This document shows positions 28,358 to 36,679 of a DNA stretch of 64,000 nt, piece by piece. Source of the DNA: a virus; IMG/VR virus record IMGVR_UViG_3300035157_000753, positions 23,201-87,200 of that record; one strand, given 5' to 3'. Position 1 is the stretch's first letter. The number at the start of each line of letters is the position of its first letter. The translations under genes were made by a program, and so were the position numbers. The notes under the pieces were generated by a model. It saw nothing but the letters and a program-made list of their open reading frames with translations. It had not been told where the DNA came from and ran no database searches.

Positions 28358-28420
28358 ATGCGATGCCGCCAGGCGGCTGACTTTTTTGATATCGCGGTCC
28401 AGCCGCCTGTGGACAATTCA

Positions 28421-28609
28421 CTAACTGTCACAAGGGACGTAGTATACTAGTCCTTCTGTGAGATAATAGGAACAGATCTGCTCAAACTCTGGGTGAGATT
28501 TGTGCATGTCAGTGTCAAGCAATCCCTGAACTAAATCTATGCTTTCCTTCCAATCTAATCCCGATTCTTTATACTTAGTGATTAGTACTTCTATACTATT
28601 CATAATCAT
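28421..28609 (-). CDS. Hypothetical protein
   Basis: 62-aa ORF overlapping the upstream gene. Confidence 0.55.
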   Translation of the reverse strand: MIMNSIEVLITKYKESGLDWKESIDLVQGLLDTDMHKSHPEFEQICSYYLTEGLVYYVPCDS

Positions 28610-28766
28610 CCTCCAAGTGATTCAGATCTTGTCTTATTCTATTAATATTGCTTATCTTGTCAGAATAGCCAGAATTGGCTAAATCCTCAAATTGTTCTAA
28701 TTCTCTCTTTTTTTGGCCAAATGATCCCTTTTTGCGATTACCGCGATAATCCCACGACTTTGCCAT
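28596..28766 (-). CDS. 56-aa hypothetical protein
   Basis: Manual translation MAKSWDYRGNRKKGSFGQKKRELEQFEDL.. Confidence 0.55.
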   Translation of the reverse strand: MAKSWDYRGNRKKGSFGQKKRELEQFEDLANSGYSDKISNINRIRQDLNHLEDDYE

Positions 28767-28801
28767 TTTTCTGTCCGTTTGTAGAAGTTTACAGGTTTTA
28801 A

Positions 28802-29056
28802 CTAAACTTGGGGCTTTTGAACTAAATCGCCACTTTTCAAAGAATCATTATAAAACCTTCCAAGTGACAGGGAAGTAGGATCTTCAACAAAACCTTCGAG
28901 CTTGGCTAAAAGAGTTTTGTTTGCGGGTTTCCACTCATACTCATAGGTTTTCTCATTCCCTGAGAAGTTGATGAATACCTTGGAACTCTGCACGACTATC
29001 TTGTCAATTGCAGAACTCAACTCGGCGATTTCAAATGTGTGCTTTTTGGCTGCCAC
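28802..29056 (-). CDS. Hypothetical protein (KTSC-like pattern)
   Basis: SSAIDKI..F..N..YEY..SLGRFYN; perfect promoter upstream. Confidence 0.65.
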   Translation of the reverse strand: MAAKKHTFEIAELSSAIDKIVVQSSKVFINFSGNEKTYEYEWKPANKTLLAKLEGFVEDPTSLSLGRFYNDSLKSGDLVQKPQV

Positions 29057-29082
29057 GTTCTTTTTGGTTATCTACATTAGTA

Positions 29083-29142
29083 ATTATAATCGATCTCGCC
29101 TCACCTGTCAACCAACCTCTGAGCCACTTCGAGAACTGTCAC
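29083..29142 (-). promoter_or_regulatory. Consensus sigma70 early promoter with palindromic box
   Basis: GTGACAGTT-N4-AAGTGGCTC then TTGACA-17-TATAAT. Confidence 0.85.
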
Positions 29143-29271
29143 AAAACCACTTGACAAACTGGCACACTGCGGGCTTAGACCCCAAAGCACTCTGATACAA
29201 TAACAAAGTAAACCGCCCAACTACGTTTTTATTAACATTTCTTAAAAGGGTAGTATCCTTGAGTATCTTAC

Positions 29272-29868
29272 TCACAAAATACCTGGTCCTTCGCGGAATA
29301 CATCAAATATGAGGGAAATTCTATCGAATCTACCCATATTTTCTACCTTATGCATCGCGGAACTCTGGAAAATCATCAATTTACCCTCCGCCTGGGGTCT
29401 AGACTCATTCCGTACAGATAGCGTACAGATCTCAGCAGTAAATGGCAACTGACACCTCAGTCTCTGAGTATGACTATTAGGATCAGGGTCATAATGCCAT
29501 CCTAGAGATGCATCAGGTGCTAGTTTAACCATACCTACGTACATAGTTTCACCTAACCATGTCATTGTCTTTGCTAGTTTAGGTAATACTTCTACGTTCC
29601 TTGGGTATGGTGTACGATTAAAGAATAATGGTGCTATACTCCACTTACTATCTTCTGTTGCTAGTGGTGCAGTAAAGTATTCATCATATTGTATTTCATG
29701 TCCTTGATTACTTTCTTCTATGGTCTTCTTCTGGTATGATGTAAAGTCTCTCCACTCTAGTCCATAATGATTGCTATCCCACTCCTTCTTTAGAGTAGGA
29801 TAGACTGTATGTAATCCCTTTAGTCGTCCGTTGACTTCTTCAGGTTCATAGAAATAATCACCTTTCAT
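29272..29868 (-). CDS. Aspartyl/asparaginyl beta-hydroxylase-like 2OG-Fe(II) oxygenase
   Basis: HYD, LRCQLP, H.VEN and RISLIFDV. Confidence 0.8.
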   Translation of the reverse strand: MKGDYFYEPEEVNGRLKGLHTVYPTLKKEWDSNHYGLEWRDFTSYQKKTIEESNQGHEIQYDEYFTAPLATEDSKWSIAPLFFNRTPYPRNVEVLPKLAKTMTWLGETMYVGMVKLAPDASLGWHYDPDPNSHTQRLRCQLPFTAEICTLSVRNESRPQAEGKLMIFQSSAMHKVENMGRFDRISLIFDVFREGPGIL

Positions 29869-30019
29869 TCGCTAGTTGTGTTGGTGATTTGGTTGTAGGA
29901 TTATGTGCCCATGCCGTACATATGTTATAGATCTCATTCCCTAGTCCTTCATGTGATAGTTCTAGGTAACATTGACGGCGACGTTCCATTTCGTCTTCTG
30001 TGGGGTGTTCTACACTCAT
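29858..30019 (-). CDS. 53-aa hypothetical protein
   Basis: Manual translation MSVEHPTEDEMERRRQCY..; fills the operon gap. Confidence 0.5.
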   Translation of the reverse strand: MSVEHPTEDEMERRRQCYLELSHEGLGNEIYNICTAWAHNPTTKSPTQLANER

Positions 30020-30222
30020 TTCTTTAACAGTTGCTTACTAGTTGTACCATACTGTGAATAGAGTTTGGCATCATTGATTGCATGATCCTCGCTCCTAAAC
30101 GGTCCATATGATTGTGGTACATCGGTGAATGACCAGTAAACTCCTTTTCTCTTTGGTTGTAATTCAACCAGTATGTCCTGATTCAGTACTGTGAACTGGA
30201 CTTTCTTGAGGGACTTTGCCAT
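30016..30222 (-). CDS. Hypothetical protein
   Basis: G.YW..GPF.SE..AI motif. Confidence 0.6.
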   Translation of the reverse strand: MAKSLKKVQFTVLNQDILVELQPKRKGVYWSFTDVPQSYGPFRSEDHAINDAKLYSQYGTTSKQLLKK

Positions 30223-30424
30223 TTGGGATCCTTGGGGTGATTTGATCGTAATAGTCAGGATAGACTAAAACGTTAACTTGTTTAATGCCATGTAGTGTCC
30301 CTTCATCGGGCCACTCATGTGTACAGACTACGATATAATCACTACAAACGAAATTGATGTATGCACTGTCGTGCCCATCAAAGGAGACTGGATCTCCGAT
30401 CTTGAACTGATGTTTCTTAGGCAT
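30164..30424 (-). CDS. Hypothetical protein (SH3-like)
   Basis: FKIGDPV.F..INFVC..YI. Confidence 0.6.
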   Translation of the reverse strand: MPKKHQFKIGDPVSFDGHDSAYINFVCSDYIVVCTHEWPDEGTLHGIKQVNVLVYPDYYDQITPRIPNGKVPQESPVHSTESGHTG

Positions 30425-30630
30425 TAGTTACCAAAACCATTACCCTTATTTAACTCTGTTCTCTGTGCGTATAAACTACGCAACTCACGTTTCAACCTTG
30501 CTTCCTCTTCTCCCGTGTAGATATAGGACTGTTTTAAACACTCCTTGATCATTTTAATTTGTTTGGATAGAGTGCCGACTGATTGATACATCTGAGGTTT
30601 ACTGGATAATGGTTCTGGTCTAAGCTTCAT
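30424..30630 (-). CDS. Hypothetical protein ending in GFG
   Basis: 68-aa ORF in operon. Confidence 0.6.
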   Translation of the reverse strand: MKLRPEPLSSKPQMYQSVGTLSKQIKMIKECLKQSYIYTGEEEARLKRELRSLYAQRTELNKGNGFGN

Positions 30631-30634
30631 GTCA

Positions 30635-30751
30635 TCATAAGGCAGTTGCTACATCTTCCTCCACACAGTCTACGATATGGTCTAATACTTGCAATACTTC
30701 AGCACCACTGTTGGTGTTCTCAAGTAGAAAGAAAGCAAATGATTCAGACAT
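30635..30751 (-). CDS. 38-aa acidic hypothetical protein
   Basis: Manual translation MSESFAFFLLENTNSGAEVLQVLDHIVDCVEEDVATAL. Confidence 0.5.
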   Translation of the reverse strand: MSESFAFFLLENTNSGAEVLQVLDHIVDCVEEDVATAL

Positions 30752-30781
30752 GATGATAATAAAATGAGGTTTACATTTGAA

Positions 30782-30856
30782 TGGTGCCACAAGAGAGATT
30801 TGAACTCCCGACCTTGGCTTTACAAAAGCCCTGCACTACCGCTGTGCTATTGTGGC
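30782..30856 (-). tRNA. tRNA-Thr(UGU) with encoded CCA
   Basis: GCCACAA/TTGTGGC acceptor stem, GCAC/GTGC D-stem, TTTGTAA anticodon loop, GTTCAAAT T-loop, 3' ACCA. Confidence 0.93.
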
Positions 30857-30859
30857 ATG

Positions 30860-30965
30860 TTATGGTAGTTTCCTATCGCCTCCATGTCTGAAACTACCAA
30901 AGGGACATGCAGCAGTAAGAGGTTCGACTTAAAGAGCAACTTGTGTGCTCACCCTTGCCTTACTC
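30860..30965 (-). ncRNA. Structured RNA, probably manA-like motif
   Basis: 10-bp stem TGGTAGTTTC/GAAACTACCA, CATGTC/GACATG pseudoknot, AGTAAG/CTTACT stem, GAGCA/TGCTC hairpin; family assignment from memory. Confidence 0.6.
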
Positions 30966-30969
30966 TCTT

Positions 30970-31027
30970 ATTATAGCAGATCGAGACTGCCATGCAATAC
31001 CCTATGTGCAGGTTTGTTGGCTGGCAC
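30970..31027 (-). promoter_or_regulatory. Early promoter for the ncRNA/tRNA operon
   Basis: Degenerate box, TTGCAT-16-TATAAT with extended TG. Confidence 0.65.
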
Positions 31028-31642
31028 ACCATCCATTAGTCTGGTGATGATCGGTGCTAGTCTAGTCTTGAAGAAGTCAAAATACTCATCAATGGTAAAG
31101 GGCATATTATCTTCTCCTACCCATCTAAAGAGATCAGAGACACCATACACACCCACTCCAAGAGCAACATACTCTCTTGATATTTCTACTGGTATCTCTC
31201 TCTTGACTGGTATGAAATATCCCCTTTGTACCTCAGTATTATACTTCTCTCCTAATACTTCAGCGATTTGATGTATCTTCTCATTTGATGCACGTATCTT
31301 CTCTGTATCAAAATTCACATTGCACTTACTCTCTAGGTACATATGTGATGCATACATGAGTTCAGGTATAGTAAAGAAATGATCTATCTGTCTTGTTCTA
31401 CCATTGACATCAACACGATCACTATCTTCAATTAAATTACGTGACACACTATTATCAAGATCACTAATGACTGTGTTCCAAAACTTCTCTAGTCTACCAC
31501 CTACTGTAATGGATACAGACTGTGTAGATGGACGTGATCCTAGACCACATGCTTCTAGAATGAATGATTCTGTTGCCTTTGGTTTGATACTCTCAATGAG
31601 TGGAAGCAATGTTGCTTCCAAGTATTCAGTGGATGATAACAT
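30971..31642 (-). CDS. Putative PD-(D/E)xK nuclease (restriction-endonuclease-like), start MLSSTEY
   Basis: G..LE helix, RQIDHFF, then YLESK. Confidence 0.55.
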   Translation of the reverse strand: MLSSTEYLEATLLPLIESIKPKATESFILEACGLGSRPSTQSVSITVGGRLEKFWNTVISDLDNSVSRNLIEDSDRVDVNGRTRQIDHFFTIPELMYASHMYLESKCNVNFDTEKIRASNEKIHQIAEVLGEKYNTEVQRGYFIPVKREIPVEISREYVALGVGVYGVSDLFRWVGEDNMPFTIDEYFDFFKTRLAPIITRLMDGVPANKPAHRVLHGSLDLL

Positions 31643-31808
31643 TGGAAAAATTGTAAGTAGGAATAGAGCGTATTCGTATAACATTATAACCTCTTTCTCT
31701 CTTGATTTCAACTATACTGAAATCCTCGTCTTTGTCGTAGTCCACAATATTGATAGTCTCTTCAGGATCAAACTGTTCGAGATGATGAATTAACTGTCGT
31801 ACTAGCAT
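31626..31808 (-). CDS. Hypothetical protein
   Basis: M.VRQLI..LEQFDPE N-terminus common in phage small proteins. Confidence 0.55.
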   Translation of the reverse strand: MLVRQLIHHLEQFDPEETINIVDYDKDEDFSIVEIKRERGYNVIRIRSIPTYNFSNVIIH

Positions 31809-32020
31809 CTTGACTGCTCATACTCTGTAACAACATCAGTAACTAACTGCTTATGAATGTAGAATAGTTTACCTAGGTCAACATCCTCTAGTTCAGTCCA
31901 CTCAGATACATAATCAGTTTGATCTAGATCAGGTGTACCATCAGTAAATGTAGGGCATGAGCAGAACTCATCCTCATCATCTAACCAGAAGTGTCTACCG
32001 AAATGCAATGAAGCGATCAT
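31802..32020 (-). CDS. Hypothetical protein
   Basis: FGR.FWLD..F.SCPTF.DGTPD. Confidence 0.65.
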   Translation of the reverse strand: MIASLHFGRHFWLDDEDEFCSCPTFTDGTPDLDQTDYVSEWTELEDVDLGKLFYIHKQLVTDVVTEYEQSRC

Positions 32021-32041
32021 GTGAACTGTGTAACTATGATT

Positions 32042-32101
32042 ATTATAGTCTCTTTATGCAGCATCTTGCAACATAGGCAGTGCCACTCTATGAAGTGTCA
32101 T
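32042..32101 (-). promoter_or_regulatory. Early promoter with palindromic box within the dam 3' end
   Basis: ATGACACTT-N4-GAGTGGCAC, TTGCAA-18-TATAAT. Confidence 0.65.
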
Positions 32102-32896
32102 ATCATTCTCGTAATTGGTCACGTACATATGCTTTACTTGAGCATTGGCATGGTTCTTACCCTTGCCCCATCGTTGAGCATACTGATGAGGTTTAATCAT
32201 AATATGATAGTCCTTTAGGGCATTCATATAATAATCATCCTCAGTATGTACAAATAACCATTTGGCACTGGTATTATTCATACACTCTACTAATCGTTCA
32301 TGTAAATCCTCACCACCATCACCAGTGGTGTATCCTAAACGATTGAGATAGGGTGGATCAATGAATATCCAGTCATTCTCAAGTGCATCTTCAAATATAC
32401 TCTCAAAAGATCCATTGTTTAATTTGCATCGCTTGAGCATTTTCATGTGCTCCCAATTAAGATTGCATGAAAACTTCTTGTAATGACCAAATGGTACATT
32501 GAATTTACCATTGCTGTTGTATCTCTCCATACCAGAGAAACACAACTGCCTTACAGTAATGTAACTGACTGCCCATTTATATGGGTCACGTTCACCATCA
32601 TTAATGTAATCTCTTGATTCATAGTACTCTTTCTCTAATGCATCATGATCTAATGTTTTTAGATAGCATACGTGAGAGAATACTTCCTGGAACATGATAG
32701 GATCTTTAACCTGAGCATACATGTTCATCAAGGTAGCATTGATATCATTCAATACTGATGTTTTATTCAATGCAAATGAGACCGCAGCACCACCACAAAA
32801 GGGTTCTAATACCCTTTCAAACTGATCTGGTAGCAATTGCTTGATCAGTGGTAGTTCTTTGGTCTTACCGCCTTGATACTTGACAATAGGTTTCAT
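32054..32896 (-). CDS. dam: DNA adenine methyltransferase (D12/Dam class)
   Basis: KYQGGK, EPFCGGAAV, RYN..GKFNVPFG, FIDPPY; target site not determinable from sequence. Confidence 0.9.
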   Translation of the reverse strand: MKPIVKYQGGKTKELPLIKQLLPDQFERVLEPFCGGAAVSFALNKTSVLNDINATLMNMYAQVKDPIMFQEVFSHVCYLKTLDHDALEKEYYESRDYINDGERDPYKWAVSYITVRQLCFSGMERYNSNGKFNVPFGHYKKFSCNLNWEHMKMLKRCKLNNGSFESIFEDALENDWIFIDPPYLNRLGYTTGDGGEDLHERLVECMNNTSAKWLFVHTEDDYYMNALKDYHIMIKPHQYAQRWGKGKNHANAQVKHMYVTNYENDMTLHRVALPMLQDAA

Positions 32897-33177
32897 TTCT
32901 TACGCAGTCTCTCCACTTCATTACGTGCAGACTGCTCATTGCGACAATACTTTATTATAGCACCATTGTGGACTAAAGCCAACTTGGTCTTACTACCCAT
33001 CACTGGTATAGCATAATAACCATCTTTAGTTGCAAATCCATGTTCACAATCTTTATAGAACCTAGCAATAGATTCTAATTCCTTCTGTTCAGGTGTTTTG
33101 GTCGATTTTCTTGTTGTGCTCATCCCAAGGGTGTACATAATCACGGTTTTCAATTGTGTGGATGGATAGATGAGCAT
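32893..33177 (-). CDS. Hypothetical protein
   Basis: GFATKDG.YAIP..LVHNG..IKYCRN; start uncertain. Confidence 0.6.
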   Translation of the reverse strand: MLIYPSTQLKTVIMYTLGMSTTRKSTKTPEQKELESIARFYKDCEHGFATKDGYYAIPVMGSKTKLALVHNGAIIKYCRNEQSARNEVERLRKK

Positions 33178-33340
33178 CTTTGCCCCATCTATTCATTTGT
33201 CGGATCCCACCGAACCCTAATTCTAAATCTTTATCTGTCCAACCAAGTTCTTTAACTAACTCTTCTCGTATGTAAATGTGTAGTTCTCCTTCAACATACT
33301 TGTAGTCAAAATACTTGTCAATGTGTGGGTCAATTGCCAT
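33089..33340 (-). CDS. Hypothetical protein (AbrB-like pattern)
   Basis: ELHIYI.EELVKELGW; TATAAATA at 33362-33369 upstream. Confidence 0.55.
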   Translation of the reverse strand: MAIDPHIDKYFDYKYVEGELHIYIREELVKELGWTDKDLELGFGGIRQMNRWGKDAHLSIHTIENRDYVHPWDEHNKKIDQNT

Positions 33341-33364
33341 AGTTATCTGTAAGCACCTCGATAT

Positions 33365-33880
33365 TTATACCAAACCTTGTTGGTAAAAATCCTCTTCTTG
33401 TGTTGATTCTGGAACTGTCACTAGATTACCAGACACCACAATTCTATCATGCAAGCATGTATGTGGGGTTACGTAATGTATGCGTTCTCCATCAAACACA
33501 TGTAAGTTACCAACTTTAGGTTTAACAACTTCAGGTGGTAACCATGGGTGTTTTATGTCAGGGAAGATAAGAGGAGAGCATTTAGGACAGGCATCCAAAT
33601 ACCACACAAAAGACCAAACAGAACCGTTATGGTTATGAGCCTCTGCGTAGTCACCTTGTCTGTAGATGCTGATCCAGAGATCCTCGACCTCCAACGTTGG
33701 ATAGATGACATTGAGTTGACCTAAGAGTTCATCGAAAATATAACAATCAGACACGTCCCAGTCAGTCAAATCTGCTTTGACTGGCGCGTCCTCCCTTCGA
33801 TATAAAGAGAGTTCCTTAATAATCTCTTTATAATTTATAGGTGGACGTACATAGAACTTGTCAATCGTTAAGTTTTGCAT
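33365..33880 (-). CDS. 2OG-Fe(II) oxygenase (TIGR02466-like)
   Basis: AHNH..WSFVWYL..HYVTPH..RIVVSGN; start MQNLTID assumed. Confidence 0.8.
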   Translation of the reverse strand: MQNLTIDKFYVRPPINYKEIIKELSLYRREDAPVKADLTDWDVSDCYIFDELLGQLNVIYPTLEVEDLWISIYRQGDYAEAHNHNGSVWSFVWYLDACPKCSPLIFPDIKHPWLPPEVVKPKVGNLHVFDGERIHYVTPHTCLHDRIVVSGNLVTVPESTQEEDFYQQGLV

Positions 33881-34322
33881 CCTGATACTCTTTAAAGAAG
33901 ACTGATTCCATCTTGTATGCATCAATCTCCCATGGTTCATCCATGTATTCTGTTTCAGGGGGTACTGGTACTCCCTTCCACTTATTTACTACTCTACTAT
34001 GACGTGTAGAGAAACGTTGTACATGTGTACCACGTAATCTTTGTTCTACATGACGTAGTTCATGGAATAGAGTAGTTAAATACTGCTCTTTGTTGTCTAA
34101 TCGGTTCTCCAACTCGATCTCAAAGTAACGTGGACGTGATAACTCATCAATTGATAAGCATGTTCCATCATTACCCTGATGCCACAACCGTTTGTCTACA
34201 ATATGGACAAACGTGTTGAAGCGATTGAGTTTACGATGCTTGAAGAACCACTCGATTGCAGCGCGAGCGATCCGCTTGCGATTACGATACCCACCAAACG
34301 TGACATAACAAGACATGACCAA
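33861..34322 (-). CDS. Zn-metallopeptidase-like protein
   Basis: TLFHELRHVEQ (HExxH) and YMDEPWEIDA. Confidence 0.75.
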   Translation of the reverse strand: MVMSCYVTFGGYRNRKRIARAAIEWFFKHRKLNRFNTFVHIVDKRLWHQGNDGTCLSIDELSRPRYFEIELENRLDNKEQYLTTLFHELRHVEQRLRGTHVQRFSTRHSRVVNKWKGVPVPPETEYMDEPWEIDAYKMESVFFKEYQDAKLND

Positions 34323-34386
34323 TGAAGAAAGTAAATGAATGAGGAAATAAAGACTAGTTTTTCAAGTCCAGACATATCTTTTGCGT

Positions 34387-34581
34387 TCATGTAACCAACC
34401 TCCCTAACCTATCAAACTCTTTATCAAGAACTGGCACATATAATATGCCATCATCCTTTAACATAGAGAGTGTGTCCATAAACCATTTGTTGTTAGCAAT
34501 GTGCTGATCTAATGGTAAATTAGAGAAGTAAGTCTGTGACCAATTCGAGAAGAATGGTGAATCAGCGTAAGTTAATTTCAT
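34387..34581 (-). CDS. Hypothetical protein
   Basis: 64-aa ORF in operon. Confidence 0.6.
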   Translation of the reverse strand: MKLTYADSPFFSNWSQTYFSNLPLDQHIANNKWFMDTLSMLKDDGILYVPVLDKEFDRLGRLVT

Positions 34582-34838
34582 TCTTGTATCTCATCTAAAC
34601 GTAGACCACGATAACCTGATGCTGGTGCATCAAGTTCGTCCAAAGCTCGACCTAGTTCTTTGGTAAGGTGCTTTTCTAACTGTATATCATCAACATTATG
34701 TCTTACTGCGATCTGGTTTCCTATGGTTGGGTCTGTAGACCACATAAGATCAATAAGATACTTGATCTGTTGTGTGTCCAGTTCAACCATCGTTACTACG
34801 CTGTCCATTTCTGGTTGCTCCGTGATGATTACTTCCAT
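34578..34838 (-). CDS. Hypothetical protein
   Basis: 86-aa ORF; start may lie further downstream. Confidence 0.55.
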   Translation of the reverse strand: MEVIITEQPEMDSVVTMVELDTQQIKYLIDLMWSTDPTIGNQIAVRHNVDDIQLEKHLTKELGRALDELDAPASGYRGLRLDEIQE

Positions 34839-35788
34839 AGTATATCAGGTAATTGAGTTGGAATGCTATCAATACGGTCAGTTTGCAAACTGGCATAGTC
34901 CTTATTGAGTTCACACCCAATATAGTGTCTATTATGTTTCTTGGCAACCATGGCAGTGGTTCCTGATCCCATAAAAGGATCCAGAATCACATCACCCTCG
35001 TTGCTCCCTGCCAAGATACATGGTTCAATGAGGTCTGGGGGGAACACTGCGAAATGTGCTCCTTTGTATGGTTTATTCGTAACTGACCATACACTACGCT
35101 TATTTTTCTTCTCGTAAGACTTGGTGAGACCACTATGTGGCTGTAACCCTGTCCCTTCATTATGATACTTCCCTTCAGTTCTATTTCTCGTTCCCCAGTC
35201 TTGCTTGACTGGTTCTTTGATTGCTTCATTGTCATATTTGTAATTCTTGCTCTTGCTTAGTAGAAAAATGTATTCATGCGACTTAGTACATCTATCACGA
35301 ACACTCTCAGGCATGGGGTTAGGCTTGTGCCAGATTATATCCTGTCTCAACCACCACCCATCAGCACGTAGTGCAAATGCTAACATCCATGGTATACCGA
35401 TTAGATCCTTACTCTTAAGTCCTTCTAGTCTATTTCCTCTTACTGGTGTATTCTGAGGTAGATCTTGTCTGGTCTTAGCAACTGTCTGTTTAGGATAGTT
35501 ACCATCACTTCTGTAATTATAGTATGTGTCACCTATGTTAACCCACAACGTACCATCCTCTGCAAGTACATCACGCACTAATGAGAATACCTTAACCATT
35601 TCAGCAATGTATTCTTCTGGTGATTGCTCCATACCTATCTGCTCCTCCTTACCACCATAGTCCCTTAGACCATAGTAAGGTGGTGATGTTACACACATCT
35701 GTGGTTTTTCCGCAATACCAGTTGTAATCTGTGCTTTCAGTGTGCCTAGTGTCTTACGACAGTCACCAAATAATACTGTGTCTCTCAT
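34829..35788 (-). CDS. Beta-class N4-cytosine/N6-adenine DNA methyltransferase
   Basis: VTSPPY, DIIWHKPNPMPES, HFAVFP, LDPFMGSGTT. Confidence 0.92.
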   Translation of the reverse strand: MRDTVLFGDCRKTLGTLKAQITTGIAEKPQMCVTSPPYYGLRDYGGKEEQIGMEQSPEEYIAEMVKVFSLVRDVLAEDGTLWVNIGDTYYNYRSDGNYPKQTVAKTRQDLPQNTPVRGNRLEGLKSKDLIGIPWMLAFALRADGWWLRQDIIWHKPNPMPESVRDRCTKSHEYIFLLSKSKNYKYDNEAIKEPVKQDWGTRNRTEGKYHNEGTGLQPHSGLTKSYEKKNKRSVWSVTNKPYKGAHFAVFPPDLIEPCILAGSNEGDVILDPFMGSGTTAMVAKKHNRHYIGCELNKDYASLQTDRIDSIPTQLPDILWK

Positions 35789-35956
35789 CTAATTGTCCCA
35801 ATGCCGAATGACACCACTAATAATAAAGCAATTAGTGACAAGGTAAGTAGCAAATATGATGCTACGGACAATAATAATCGCATTGTCGTATCGTTTTGTG
35901 GTTTCGTCATTAAATGATCCTAGTGAATACTTCCATACTCTAATAAATCTCCTCAT
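35789..35956 (-). CDS. 55-aa membrane protein
   Basis: Manual translation MRRFIRVWKYSLGSFNDE..IVRSIIFATYLVTNCFIISGVIRHW. Confidence 0.65.
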   Translation of the reverse strand: MRRFIRVWKYSLGSFNDETTKRYDNAIIIVRSIIFATYLVTNCFIISGVIRHWDN

Positions 35957-36057
35957 TTCCTTTTATTCCTTTTCTTCTTAGTAGGTTTAAAAGCACCGAG
36001 GGATCTGAGTAAGAACAGTGTGAGTACTGTCCAAAAAATTACATACCAACCATTCAT
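35953..36057 (-). CDS. 34-aa membrane peptide with basic tail
   Basis: MNGWYVIFWTVLTLFLLRSLGAFKPTKKKRNKRK. Confidence 0.5.
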   Translation of the reverse strand: MNGWYVIFWTVLTLFLLRSLGAFKPTKKKRNKRK

Positions 36058-36058
36058 T

Positions 36059-36679
36059 TCATGCAAAGTTTAAAGCTATGGTAATACGCTCCCCATCAAA
36101 TGTTGACGGTGGAACTGAGTGTTGCAAGTTAGATCTGAAGATAACAACAGCTTTCTCTTGCGGTGGTGCAATCAATACATCCTGATTTAATGGTGTTGGT
36201 TGCACTTTATTCTTAGGTGGTAGCATACTTCCCATATCAGGACGCTTAAAGTATGTACCAGCAGCACCTTTAGGTACTTTCACATAATATATTGCGGAGA
36301 ATATGTTATATGGGTGCATGTGGAACTCTTGATACTTACCACTCTGATATACATTATACCATGATTCTGTGCATTCGTAAACCTCATCCGAACCATAGTG
36401 TCTAGCGAAGTCATTTACACACTCAGTTACCTTATTAATGAGCGTAGTGAATTCCAAATATTCCGTAAGGTCAGTAAGGTGAAAGCAATTGTCTGGTGAT
36501 GATGCACCACTCAACCAACTCTCAGTGTTACCTTTCTTGAATACTTTACGCAATTCATGTACTTTACTAGATATTACCGCATTCTCTTTATCAGTCAATA
36601 GATTAGTTGCCGCATATAATCCCACTGGGAACACATGCGTCACATTATTATTAACTTGGTGTACGTTTATATTACTCAT
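36059..36679 (-). CDS. 2OG-Fe(II) oxygenase (TIGR02466-like)
   Basis: SWYNVY..YQEFHMH..FSAIYYV..LQHSV..RITIALN. Confidence 0.85.
   Translation of the reverse strand: MSNINVHQVNNNVTHVFPVGLYAATNLLTDKENAVISSKVHELRKVFKKGNTESWLSGASSPDNCFHLTDLTEYLEFTTLINKVTECVNDFARHYGSDEVYECTESWYNVYQSGKYQEFHMHPYNIFSAIYYVKVPKGAAGTYFKRPDMGSMLPPKNKVQPTPLNQDVLIAPPQEKAVVIFRSNLQHSVPPSTFDGERITIALNFA

Noticed and set aside
25600-29200. Recurring GC-rich/palindromic motifs as a possible CRISPR array or integron attC sites
   Set aside because: Copies are degenerate, irregularly spaced and promoter-linked; no cas or integrase gene is present
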